Source: the human T2T-CHM13v2.0 reference genome, Homo sapiens
NCBI RefSeq assembly: GCF_009914755.1
Contig: NC_060929.1
Length of the DNA stretch: 64,000 nucleotides
Reading direction: 5' to 3' (one strand)
The stretch's first letter is position 1. Each line of letters starts with the position of its first letter. The notes below the pieces were generated by a model that saw only the letters and a program-made list of their open reading frames with translations, was not told where the DNA came from and made no database searches. Made by a program: the position numbers and the translations under genes. This document shows positions 1 to 17,203 of the stretch, in pieces.

Positions 1-633
1 TTCCTTCTTAGGGCTGGGTAGGATAGTGAGCTAACCACCTGTATTCAATGTAGGGATAGAAATTCAATTCTCGTTCCTTGCCAAGATTCCCCAGCATACT
101 CATACAGGTGCATGTGGCATTTAGTCCCTTCTCTCCTTAAGGAAGCTGATGTTGGGGTAGGGAAGGGTAGAGGGCTCAGGAAATGTACAAGTAAGTGAAC
201 TCTTTCAGATTCGAATGTCATGGAGGCTGCATGTAGCTTTAACAAATGAAATTCATTCATCCCACCAGAAACTCTGTATCAGGTAGAAAGATAATCATTA
301 CTGAACTCATCTATTTCAGCTTTGTGGATCCCTTTATTCAATAGTAACATCCACTTTGTTCTCTGGTTGGCCCCTGTATACCCTTTAGCTAACTCAGGCT
401 CAGCTCACACAGAAGGAGGCATTTTTTAATGACTGCAATTAAAGAAATACACTTTAATTGGGGTTTTTGCTGCCCATTTTTCATACATCTCTTATCTTTT
501 TCCCAGTTTTATTATGAGGATGAGAGGAGTTTTCCAAAGCAGTAGAGACGACTACAAGTATTTATACAGATATCTTGACTCAATTTCTCCTTCTCCAGTA
601 GGTAACCTCATCAATATTGTAATTCTAATCTAG

Positions 634-1074
<441 letters not shown>

Positions 1075-1169
1075 TAAAAGTGTTTTTCTTGTTCTTAAAA
1101 CCATCCACTATGAAATATGTTGGTTGGGTGATATCTTTCACATGTTGATTCAGAAATGGGGTCTCTTCT

Positions 1170-1790
1170 ATCTTAATTCCTATGGCTTAAACAACTGTAA
1201 GTATTATTTCTATCAAGGTAACTGCTACCAAAGTTTGAATATGTTTTCCTTCCAAAACTCATGTTGAAATTTAATTGCCATTGTAACAATATTAAGAGGC
1301 AGGACGTTTAAGAGGTGATTAAGCCATAAGAACTTCACTATTAAGGGTGGGATTGCTGCCATTATTAGAGTGAGTTCAGCCTTTCTTACTCTCTCTTGTC
1401 CCTCTGTCTTCTCTCATGGGATGATTCAGCAGGAAGACCCTCATCAGATGTCAGCTCCTTTATCTTGCACTTCTGAGGCTCCAGAACTGGGAGACAATAC
1501 ATTTCTCTTCATTATAAGTTATCCAGTCTCAGGTAATCTGTGAGACCAGCAAAAACAAACTAAGACAGTATCCTTGGAAGTCATATCCATTTTAAGGATG
1601 ATAAACACGGAGAATCACACATGGGAGATTTTGATGTGATAAGTCTGCAAGTAGCTGACATAACCTTTACCTTTATTTATTGGCCTAGACTCAGTCATTT
1701 TCCCAAACTATAATTGCAAAGGAGACTGGTAAACATAGTCTAGCTCTATGCACAGGAAGAATAAGCAGATTTGGTTGATCAGACATTGAT
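1170..1790 (-). mobile_element. Old MaLR LTR (MLT1J/K-like), split by the MST LTR
   Basis: ggcttaaacaa...tattatttct before 1223 and tattggcctagactcagtca...ttgcaaaggagactggtaaacatagtctagct after 1600 resemble antisense MLT1 consensus. Confidence 0.55.
1223..1567 (+). mobile_element. MaLR solo LTR (MSTC/MSTD-like)
   Basis: Starts tgcta..gtttgaat..ccaaaactcatgttgaaatttaattgcca and ends aaactaagaca; flanks gtaac/gtatc look like a 5-bp TSD. Confidence 0.88.
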
Positions 1791-1799
1791 AGTCAAAGT

Positions 1800-3830
<2,031 letters not shown>

Positions 3831-5417
3831 GTTGAGCGAAAAATGGTCATCTACTATTTTACTAATGAAATGCATTTCTTTTTAGCCATTAAAATATTAC
3901 AATAAATATAAATATATTAATGAATACAGATATTTTACAAGGCATATTTCCAACCTGCAAAGATAGAGCTAAAGGTGCAGCTATAAAAATACCTCAATAC
4001 ATTCTTACAATTTTATAAGATTAATATTTCTCCTGATAAGTCTTAACAATTAACATTATGTTGAAAGAGATGCAGTATAAAAGTCCCACTGAAAACATTA
4101 AATGTTGTTCATGTGTAAATGTGTTTGATTTTACTCTTGAAAACCAATTACAAATACGTAGACATACATATATAAAGAGGCAGAACTTACAATAACTTAA
4201 TTCCATAATACATAATAAGATACAACTAAGACTAATAATTTTGTTCATAAATATTTCTCATATTTATGGCTGCCTTTTTTATTATATTACAAGCAAACTA
4301 GCCGCCCTTGCATTATATTGAAAAATAAAACAACTCTGCAAAGAAAACAAAGCAAAAATTTCCCATAATTGGAAACAATTATTCTTTAAATTACTCTATA
4401 AAAGTAAATAAATGTTACATACCTGCTAAACTGATATTCACAAATAACTCTGAATTGCAAACCTAAAAATATCATGACACAAAATTTCTATGTATGATTT
4501 TTTATTATTTGTTATTTAATGAATGGTAAAATTATTTTATTATTTTTTATTCCATATATTCCTGATATAGCTATAGAAACACATACATTATACTCATAAC
4601 CAACAAATCTTAATAAAATAATGTATTTGTATTTATATTATAGTTTCCTGAATTTAAAAAAAAGCAGGGGATTAATAAGCCACTTTCTTATTTCCCAAAC
4701 ATCCGTTTTCCACAGATTGACTCAACAGGAGCATGATATAGCATATATTTTATTTTCTTCTGTCATTGGATAGGCAAGAAAATTACTGTGAAATTATCGT
4801 AGTTTCCTGTCTTCTTCTCACATAGGCCAGAGCTCATCTGCAGGTCTCTGACCTCACTGGGAACTCCTGGTACAGAGCATAGAGAAATGCCTCTGGCCCC
4901 GATAGAGAGTTCGACCCTGGCAAAATCCCTGCCTCAGCCAACTGAGCTTGCAGACCTGTGGGTTACTGGGCACAGATTGCCTGTCTTGAGCTGCATTATC
5001 CCCTACACTCCTTCTGCTTAATGTCTCTGGAAGTCCTGATCCTTTGGGTCATGCCTGACATAGGACCTTAAATCCTGTAACTGAAATATGCAGTGAAACT
5101 TTCTGGGTATATACAGCTGAAAGCAAAATAAATAACATTTAAAATAACCAGAAAATAATATTGACCTTCTTTTTTGATTGACACAAGATAAATGCCCAAT
5201 TGTCATGACGAGTAAAATATGTATTTAACTTCAGAAATAGTATATCTTTCTTATCTATATAGTTTGATAATTTTGATCATTAGGTCTATCTCTGTTCCTT
5301 TCTATATAACACTCTAGAGTCATTTTTTTCTTAATGTACAATCAAGAGGGAAAGCTTTACGATCCAAGTAGCAATAGTAGGCATTGTCTTAACATCTTTA
5401 GTCATGTTTGGTTACAT

Positions 5418-5535
5418 TTATTGTCCAAAAGAATAGGATGCAATGTGTAATTAGCGACAAGGAAATGTGGCAACTTTATATTATGGCATTCTTCTCACAG
5501 GCATTTAATAGTTGTTAAAAAGTCTCCAAAGCGAT
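5418..5535 (+). repeat. Local dispersed duplication, copy A
   Basis: ttattgtccaaaagaatag...ttatggcatt..cacaggcattta..gttaaaa.gtctccaa recurs at 7332-7419. Confidence 0.9.
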
Positions 5536-6689
5536 GGGTCTCCAATGTAATTAGTTCTTAAGTTTAAGAAAAATAAACTTCATAATTTACGTCTCAAAAC
5601 TGTAATTTAGAATAAGAATGATGTTAATGAGTATGCACATAATTGGAATAAGTTTGATTTTGTAGTGAAGCACGTGGAAAGAAGAATCTGGACAATCACT
5701 GGAGGGAAAACAACATTTCTGGAGAGAAATAGGTAGACAGCATTTGAAAAAGCACACGTCTAAACAACAGTGAATTGAAATCATGCTGTGTATTTTTATA
5801 ATCTAGTTTTATATTGAGTATTAAAAGTAATATAGAAAGTTATTCTGACACATAATTTTACTGTTTCTTATGGAAGATAAGAATCTTGTTTATCAAGGAA
5901 TACGTCAAGTAAGACCAATCACTATCCAAAATGAACTGCAAAATCACAATCTAAATTCAGGGCTATGGACAAAACTCAATACCTCAGTATTTAAAACAAT
6001 TTTACTCCCAACTTGTCCAGCAAGTCTTAGAAAACAATAAAAATAACTGAATTTTTCTCCTTATGAAATCCCTGAAGACATTAGATTCATAAGTCAATTA
6101 TTTCCTATGCACCAGAACATTTTGTTTCTGCCATTGGAGACACTAATGTGGTGCGAAAGGGAACTGAATTATTAAATTACAAGTGCAAATTAATCAAAGT
6201 TTTCAGGACCTTTTTCACTACACCGATTTTTTTATGCCTCCTCATTTTAGCTCTCTGACCTCATCTTTAACTGAACACACACACACATGCGCATGCATGC
6301 CCACAGTATTCCCCCCTTCCAACAAACCATTTATTGGATTGGAAAGTAACACTGGATTACTTACTTTCCAGAATCATAGCACATTGTTCTTTGGTATTCT
6401 GTTTTCAGTGTATTCAGTTATGGTTATTGTTTTCCGTGTCAGAACAACCAAATAAAATATATTGATTCAGAAGAATTGAAAGAGTTTAAAGTCAAAGTGT
6501 AAACATTTGAATTATTAAATGCACCATTATCGTTTTAAATCTGCATAAAAATCTGATTCTAAAAAATTAAAATAAAGGATTTATTTTTATGAGTAATGAC
6601 AATAATACAGACAAAGGCAATTTGTACTGGGAGAGAGGGGGGAGATGAGATTTGTGCCCCTGAAGTTTCATCTCTGATATTGTTAATAC

Positions 6690-6985
6690 TTCTTTTTTGT
6701 TTTCCGAGATGGAGTCTTGCCCTGTCACCCAGGATGGAGTACAGTGGCACAATCTTGGCTCACTGCAACCTCCACCTTCAGGGTTCAAGTAACTCTCCTG
6801 CCTCAGCCTCCTGAGTAGCTGGGATTACAGGCGCCTGCCACCACACCCAACTAATTTTTGTATTTTTAGTAGAGACGGGGTTTCACCATGTTGGCCAGGC
6901 TGGTCTCGAACTCCTGATCTTGTGATCCGCCAGCCTCGGCCTCCCAAAGTGCTGGCATTACAGGCGTGAGCCACCACATCCAGCC
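6690..6985 (-). mobile_element. Alu (AluS)
   Basis: T tail followed by a complete antisense Alu ending ccagcc. Confidence 0.96.
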
Positions 6986-7331
6986 AATCTTTTTAATAAC
7001 ATTAACTAAAAAAGATATTTTAAAAGACAGCTTTAACTGTAAGTGCTAGCATATTGGGTCAGCAGAAGCATAATTTTCATGAAGGTAAAGAACTCTAAGG
7101 CGATGGCTATCAGGACTATGAAAGCCCAAAAATCTCTTTATACCTATTAAAGCATTACTTGTCTAACCTCAGTTCTAAGTTGTGCATAGAAGATAGAAAC
7201 TCATTCCCATTCTAATTCAAATAATGAGTTTTCTCTTGCAATGGCATGTTTGAAAAGGGACAAATAAAAGACACTGTTCTTGAAAACTAAACAGCATTGT
7301 GGGAAGTATGTATGTTTAGCATTTGTTATAG

Positions 7332-7419
7332 TTATTGTCCAAAAGAATAGAATCCAATGTTTATCTTATGGCATTTTTCACACAGGCATTTAGTAGCTGT
7401 TAAAAGTCTCCAATGCAAT
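7332..7419 (+). repeat. Local dispersed duplication, copy B
   Basis: About 90% identical to 5418-5535 by eye, but lacks an internal segment of about 29 bp. Confidence 0.9.
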
Positions 7420-7478
7420 AGCTACTTGTGCTACCAACACTGGTTATGCAAATCATTTTGTTTTTTATTCATGGATGA

Positions 7479-7840
7479 TGATATGGTTCGGCTCCAGGTC
7501 CATACTTAAATCTCATCTCAAATTGTAATCCCCACACGTCCATGGGAGGGACCCAGTGGGAGGCGACTGGATCATGGGGGCAGTTTCCCCCATGCTGTCC
7601 TCGTGATAGTGAGGGATTTCTCATGAAATTTGGTGGTTCAAAAGTGGCAGTTTCCTCTGCACGTTCTCTCTCCTTCCACCAGGTAAGAAGTGCATTGCTT
7701 CCCTTTTGCCTTTCACCATGAATGCAAGACTCCTGAGGCCTCCCCAGCCATGGAGAACTGTGAGTCAATTAAACCTATTTTCTTTATAATTACCCAGTCT
7801 CAAGTAGTTCTTTATAGCAATGTGAAAATAGACTAATACA
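7479..7840 (+). mobile_element. THE1D-like 5' LTR
   Basis: tgatatggtt...aaatctcatctcaaattgtaatcccca...aactgtgagtcaattaaacc...gactaataca. Confidence 0.93.
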
Positions 7841-9436
7841 AAGAATTGTTACCAGCAGAGTGGGGTACTGCTATAAAGATGACCTGAAAATGTAGAAGCA
7901 ACTTTGGAACTGGATAACAGAAAAAGGTTGGAACAATTTGTAGGGCTCAGAAGAAGACAGGAAGATGTGGGAATGTTTGGAACTTCCTGGAGATTTGCTG
8001 AATGGTTTGACCAAAATGCTGATAGTGATATAGACAATGATGTCCAGGCTGAGGTGGTCTCAGATGGAGATAAGGAACTTATTGGGAACTGAGTAAAGGT
8101 CACTCATGCTGTGCTTTAGCAAAGAGACTGGTGGCATTTTGCCCCTTCCCTAGAGATCTGTGGAAATTTGAACTTGAGAGAGATGCCTTAGGGTATCTGG
8201 CAGAAGAAATTTCTAAGCAGCAAAGCATTCAAGATGTGAACTGGGTGATTCTGAAAGTGTTCAGTCATATGTAATCACAAAGACCTTATCTGAAAATGGA
8301 ACTTTTATTTAAAAGGGAAACAGAGCATAAAAGTTTGGGAAATTTGCAGCCTGACCATGCAGTAGAAAAGAAACACCCATTTTCTGGGGGAAATTCAAGC
8401 CTGCTGCAGAAATTTGCATAAGCAACAAGGAGCCAAATGTTAATAGTCAAGACAATGGAGAAAATGTCCCTAGGGCATATCAGAAATCTTTGTGGCAGCC
8501 CCTTCTATCACAGGTCCAGAGGCCTAGGAGGGAAAAATGGTTTTGCGGGCTGCGACCTGGGCCCTGCTTCTCTGTGCAGCCTCAGGACTAGGTGCCCTGT
8601 GTTCTAGCTGCTCCAGTTCCAGTCATGGCTAAAAGAGGCAAAGGTACAGCTCAGACCACTGCTTCAGGGGGTGCAAGCCCCATGCCTTGGCAGCTTCCAA
8701 GTGGTATTGGGCCTATGGGTGCACAGAAGACAAATGTTCAGCTTTGGGAACCTCCACCTAGATTTCAGAGGATGTATGGAAACCTCTGGATGTCCGGGCA
8801 GAAGTCTGCTGCAGTGCTGGAGTTCTAGGGGAGAATCTCTACTAGGGCAGTGAAGAGAGGAAATGTGGGTGTTGAAGCCCCTACACAGGGTCCCCACTTG
8901 TACAATGCCTAGTAGAGCTGTGAGAAGAGGGCCACTGTCCTCCAGACCCCAGAATGGTAGATCCACTGACAGTTTGCACCATGCGCCTGAAAAAGCCTCA
9001 GGCACTCAACACCAGCTCATGAAAACAGCCACAGTCTGTACCCTGAAAAGCCATGGGGCTGAATGGCCCAAGGCCTTGGAAGCCCTCTCCTTACACCAGC
9101 ATGTCCTGGATGTGAGACACAGAGTCAAAGGAGATTATTTTGAAACTTTAAAATTCAATGACTGCCCTGTTGGCTTTTGTACTTGCATGAGGACTGTTTT
9201 CCCTTTGTTTTGGCCAGTTTCTCACATTGGAATGGCAGCATTTACCCAATGCCTGTGCCACCATTGTATCTTGGAAGTATCTAACTTGTTTCTGATTTTA
9301 TAGTCTCATAGGCAGAAGGGACTTGCCTTGTCTCAGATGAGACTTTGGACTTGGAGTTTTGGGTTAATACTGTAATGAGCTAAGACTCTGGAGGTGTGTT
9401 GGGAAGTCATGATTGGTTCTGAAATGTGAAAGAGAC
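7841..9436 (+). mobile_element. THE1-int (MaLR internal region), 3' LTR missing
   Basis: Canonical THE1-int (actttggaactgg, gaggtggtctcagatggagat, gagactttggacttgg), stopping at gaaatgtgaaagagac just before the expected PPT and LTR. Confidence 0.93.
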
Positions 9437-9692
9437 TGCTGTTCTTAAAATCAAAGAAAAATGATGACATTTTGATACTTAAATTTTAATGAATTTACTA
9501 AAGAGTATCTTGATTCATTTTTGATACTCTGTGTTTAAAATAAAATACTTGGTTTATTATAGAAACTCTACATTCCAATAAAACGTACAGACAATATACC
9601 CACAGTGGCCAAAAACTCAGTGGTTGGAAAGTAACCTCAAATATATTTAAAAATGTGAAATAAAAAAGAATTCAAAGTATTCTATGGAAGGG

Positions 9693-9986
<294 letters not shown>

Positions 9987-10267
9987 GAAGTGCTCTAATA
10001 CTAACATTTGGCCAAACTGTTTTAAAATTCTTCTTCCATACTTACAAGAATCGAAATGCAAATTATGAAATAAATACTATATAAAAGTAATTATGCTCAA
10101 CATTATATTTTTGTGTTATTTTATAAGGTAATGTAATAATTAGGTACACAAAGAACAACTTTTGGTGTGAAATTGCATTTAGTTCTGAGTGCATATATCT
10201 ATTTGTGGCTTTTTTCTATTTTTAATAATGAATAGAGTGCTGCTGCAATTCTGCAAACAAATGTATC

Positions 10268-10536
10268 TTTTTTTCCTTTTCTTGAGACAGAGTCTCATTC
10301 TATACCTAGGCTGGAGTGCAGTGGTGTGATCACAGTTCGCTGGAGCCTCCACCTCCTAGGCTCAAGTGATCCTCTCACCTCACCCTCCTGAGCAGCTGGG
10401 ACTTACAGGTGTGCGGCACCACTTCTGGGTAAATTTTGTATGTTTGGTAGAGGCAGGGTCTTGCCATGTTTCCCAGCCTGGTCTCAAGCTCCTGGACTCA
10501 AGCAGTTCACCCGCCTTGGCCTTCCATAGGCCCGGC
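10268..10536 (-). mobile_element. AluJ, diverged
   Basis: AluJ diagnostics gtgatcacag, ggctcaagtgatcctc and cctggactcaagca. Confidence 0.9.
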
Positions 10537-10922
10537 TTACTAATGTAATTTAAAAGACTTTACAGAATAGTGTAATGATTCAAATTGAATATTCTAAATT
10601 AGATTTATGCTGCTAACAAAATGTTTTTTAAACGTAGGGCATTTATTCATATTTTCTTCTCTAAATAAGTTTCCTTATGTTCTATATTTATGTCAATGTC
10701 TCGATCTATATGTATTTATCTACAAATCTATTGATTTAGTTTTCATGTATGTTGTAGACTTTCATATTAACTATGGTAACACCATATAATGTTAAATCAG
10801 TACACTCATCTTTGAGGGACTATCATGTTATTCTCTCATACGCTCTTTCTCCTTATCTTTTTAATTTTGATATTTGACTGTTATATTTTCTTATGAGAGT
10901 TTAGCTATAAACATAAAAAAAC

Positions 10923-10955
10923 TAAATTATTAATAATAGTATTATTAATAATTTA
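10923..10955. repeat. Perfect AT-only palindrome, 16-bp arms with 1-nt spacer
   Basis: taaattattaataata-g-tattattaataattta, checked base by base. Confidence 0.95.
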
Positions 10956-12075
10956 TTTATTGGAGGGCTGACACTTCAATGACACAATTTGAATGAAAGA
11001 GAACAGTATCTTATCATCTGATTTCATTTTTTAAAGTGTTAAAAATATTTTAATTGTATTTAATTCGTTTGATATTTTTAATCCTGATGTTATATGCCAT
11101 GTAACAGAGTATCAAGCGACAGGTTGTTAAGATATTTTTTCCCCTAGGACTGTAGTATGATCTCTCACTTTTTGAATGTATAAGCTTATGGAGACATATG
11201 TTACTTTATATTACTTCCCCCTGTGATTTACATTTTCTAATAGCAAGTTAATATGAGAAAGCCAATGAAGTAAAAAAATATAGCATTGAAATACACCTGT
11301 GTTATTACTGACAACTGGGTATTGGGATGATGCTCTCTGCCTTCTAATGCTGAATATTTCTCTTGATTATTAGTTTTCCTGTTTGCTTATTTGTTGTAAC
11401 TTTTTCCTTACTGCTCAGGTCAAAGTTTAGGTATTAAGTTCATCATCTGAACTTTTGCTTGAAGACAGTTATATCTCCTGTGTAAAAGTGAGGTCTTAAC
11501 TTGTACAGAGCACCATGTGTGATCCCATTTATTCATGCAGTTGGGGATCATCTAGCCCAGGCAGAACTATGTCTTGTCTGTGCCTTGGCTTGCTTGAGGG
11601 CTGCTACCCAATCACAGCCCTCTCCTAGCAATCTAAAGGTGAGAAGAGGACACACGTTTACAAAACAGTCTTTCAAAAAATAATGGGCTGTGGGGAGATT
11701 GATCCAATGTAGGCTTAGAACATCAGAATATTCCTCTCCCTAATACTGTGACCAAATTACATTCTAAACCTTGAGAAAGACTAATCCTAGCTTTACCTTT
11801 TGTAGGTTGAATGGGAGCAGGGTAGCACATTTTAGTTTCTAGAGATACCATCAAAACAGTGTCATATCAGAAATCAGCTGTGGCAGGCATGGTAACCTTT
11901 ATTTAGTAATGAAAGGAGATAAGAGAGAAAGCATACAACCATGTCCTACTCCATTACATGATTAAATGTTTGAGAGTGGATTCTTTTCTTCTGATCACTT
12001 ATCTGAGCAAGAGCTGGCATTATCTTCTAGGTATACTCATTGGGAACTGAGACAAGTTTTAATTCTATCAGATTA

Positions 12076-12099
12076 TGTGTGTGTGTGTGCGTGTATGTG
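12076..12099 (+). repeat. (TG)n microsatellite, imperfect
   Basis: tgtgtgtgtgtgtgcgtgtatgtg. Confidence 0.8.
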
Positions 12100-12386
12100 G
12101 CAATTAAAACATCTATTCAAATGATGATCATAATTTTCCTCCAAAGGACTAATGAAGTGAAATATCGATTTTGAGGAGACTTATTAGGATAATAAAATGC
12201 AATGACATTCTGAAGACTAAGGCTATAATTTAATTTTTTTCTATTGTTTTACCATAAAAACAAGGGTGAGAAACCTACGAGGCATTAGGACGTTTGAATA
12301 TGTTGGAATTGGATCTTTGTTTTGATTGACATTGAACGACCAGACCCTTTCATTCAGTTCTGTGTGTCTGTTGTATTCTTATGTAA

Positions 12387-12715
<329 letters not shown>

Positions 12716-12729
12716 CATTTTCACTCTTT

Positions 12730-13430
12730 AAGAGATTGTATAAAAGTTTTCTTCTGACCTTTCTTCTAGTTTACTAGTTCTCTTTAGTTGTTCTTCTCTA
12801 CTTTTAAACTTACCTATTTCTTGAGTTCCTAATTTTTGTCATTACAGCAATCATTCCCAGAATTTCCATTTTATTCCCTATGGCATCACATCTTCCATTT
12901 AAATTATTCTTGTCATTTCATTTCTTGAAAGTATTAATTGCTGTTAAAGTCCTTCAGTGTCTGACCTGCCTGTTAGTCTGTTTTCAGTGTTTCTTCTCCC
13001 GTCTCATTTCTCAGACCATCTACTTTTTTTTTGATGCCTGCTATTTTTTCCCCTGTGTTTTGGGCATTGTGATTTGATGCTCTGTAGGATGTTTCTATTT
13101 TTCAGAGATCATTTATTTTTGCATTGGGTTGGCTATTATGTAGTGACAGATCCCCCTAATCCAAGCAAAGATTGAGCAGATCTGTGGGGGCTAATTTATG
13201 TTTAGGTCCCCTTTACTTCTAGTATATATCCCTTGTTATTCCTAAATAATACCCTGGAGTTTGTACGGCTCCTGAATTCCAAATTTGTCCCTTTATTCCT
13301 TGGAGCCAGCCAAAAGCCTCAGGTGAAAAATGATATTAAATACTGAGCTCGTCTCCCTGTATGCCTCTCCTCTCTCAGACTTTGGCCTTTCAAAACTTTT
13401 GTGACTTGCAGCCTTACCAATACTTTTAAA
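12730..13430 (-). mobile_element. Old L1M (L1ME-like) 5'/ORF1-region fragment
   Basis: T-rich sequence with antisense L1M-like motifs (agaatttccatttt, ctgtaggatgtt..ttcagaga). Confidence 0.5.
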
Positions 13431-13433
13431 TAG

Positions 13434-13503
13434 GTGTGTGTGTGTGTTTACATGTGTGTTCATATGTGTGTGTTCATGCATGTGTACAAGGATATGTGTA
13501 TGT
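13434..13503 (+). repeat. Degenerate (TG)n tract
   Basis: gtgtgtgtgtgtgtttacatgtgtgttcatatgtgtgtg... Confidence 0.8.
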
Positions 13504-13692
13504 TCTATCCACCTTCTCTTCTTCTTCTCTTTGGGAAGTTTAGCTGAAATTAAAATAGTCTGCAATTTTGAGAAGACATTCCTTGTTAGGAAGTAAGTTG
13601 TGGTATAGCAGTGTGCCTGGAATTGTGCATAAACCTAAGAGAACTGGCAGGCAATTAGTCACACAGCTATGACAAGTTCTACGCACATGCAT

Positions 13693-15204
<1,512 letters not shown>

Positions 15205-15563
15205 TACATTTTACCTTTACTGTCCTCTACATTGTTTGCTTACCCAAGCCATGCTATTTTTTCATTTCATTATAGATGTGAGCAGAGACCGTGTTCTCCT
15301 TGTCATACAGAATGGGGCATTATATTTACATATTTCAGAGATAATGTATGTGAGAGAGAAAATATACTGTTTTCTCATCCATCTTGTGATTTCACAAAAT
15401 TACTTTGTGTAAGATTACGTTAAATTGGGCGACAACCCTATTAGGTGTAAAATTAAAATACATTTCTATTTTATGTCTGTGACTAGGAAAACATTTGTGA
15501 AGATTTTAAGTTAAAGTTTGTCATTGGACCTCTTGTTTTTCTACTGTTAAAGATTAGGACTGT

Positions 15564-15949
<386 letters not shown>

Positions 15950-17203
15950 TTAGAAACAGCTTTGGCAGTGGGAGCAACAGCTGCAGTAAGGATTATTGGG
16001 TAATACACGACACAGGCAGCCTAAATTCCCAAGAGAGTTCTCACAACAGACTGTCTTTTGTTTCTGGAAGTGCCTGGAAATGCGCTGAGGGCAGGAGAAG
16101 AGAGAGGTAAACTATCCAGACACACAAGAGTGATGTTAGGTCAGAATCCCCGGCCATTTGTATTGCACAATTTCAGAAAATAAAACCTCACAGGTGTGGG
16201 CATACCAGGACACCCTGTCTGCTAAGAGTAAATAACTGCTCCTTCTTACCCCAGGGTCTCCACAGTTGACCGTCCTGGAGGAGAAGAGGTTAACTGCTCT
16301 AAGAGATGTGGCTGACCCTATCCTACAGGCTTGTCTGAAAACCTTTCCGGTGTATTGAGGACCTTATAAATCCCAAAGTATCCTTGGAACTTCTTTTGCA
16401 GTTTCCTGAATTGAGCAAGTTTGGATTTCTATGAGAATTGACATGCAATTACAAATGGATGAATTTATAAGGAAAATGCAAAGATAAAGAAGGAAAGCTA
16501 CCTGCATAGTATATATTTATCTACACTGCATGTTAGTATAATCTGTGAATATTTCTGTATGTGACCCAATACTTACCATAAAATTAGAGAAGCAAATGAA
16601 CAAATTAATGATTGTATTAATGCTAAAATATATAATTTTTCTATTTTGTCATTTAAACAATAAAACAGCTCATTCTGATTTATTTATCAATAATAAGTAC
16701 CTGTGTGTATAGCTTATTATTACCAGTGGAGAGGTGGCTTATAATAAAATTATAACAATTTATAAAGCTATAGTTAACTATGTAGAAAAGAATGGTTTAA
16801 GCTCAATAAAAATCCAGTTTAATTACTGCCTCAGCATTGTAATAGTAAGCAACAAATGCACTCTAGTGGGTGCATATAGCAATTTAAAAAGCTATTCAAT
16901 CTATATAAAACCAGGTTTTTCGTTTGTCTTGTTTTAAATATTTACAAGTATTATTAAAACACATTAGAAACTTTATTCTTAGAGCAATATCCTTGTATGG
17001 CTCTTCATTCATATTCATCCATACCTTATAGAATCAACAATTCTATTTTTCCTAAATCATTTCATAGGCAAAACAAACTGGCTTGTCTATTCAAATAAAA
17101 CAAGGATAAACAAGAAAGGGAGAAGGGTAGAAGGAATATATTGCAACTGATACAGAAATGAGCTTAAGTTTTAAGCCTGGACTCTCTTTAAATTCATGGT
17201 CAT

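Noticed and set aside
4800-4880. Good acceptor tttcctgtcttcttctcacatag at 4825
   Set aside because: The only nearby donor (CTG|gtacag) is weak, and the downstream sequence may be a decayed MLT1-type LTR
8592-9303. Overlapping ORFs up to 146 aa
   Set aside because: They lie within THE1-int and are broken remnants of the MaLR internal ORF
11322-11356. atgatg...ctga resembling C/D snoRNA boxes
   Set aside because: The C box is imperfect, the spacing is far too short and there is no terminal stem
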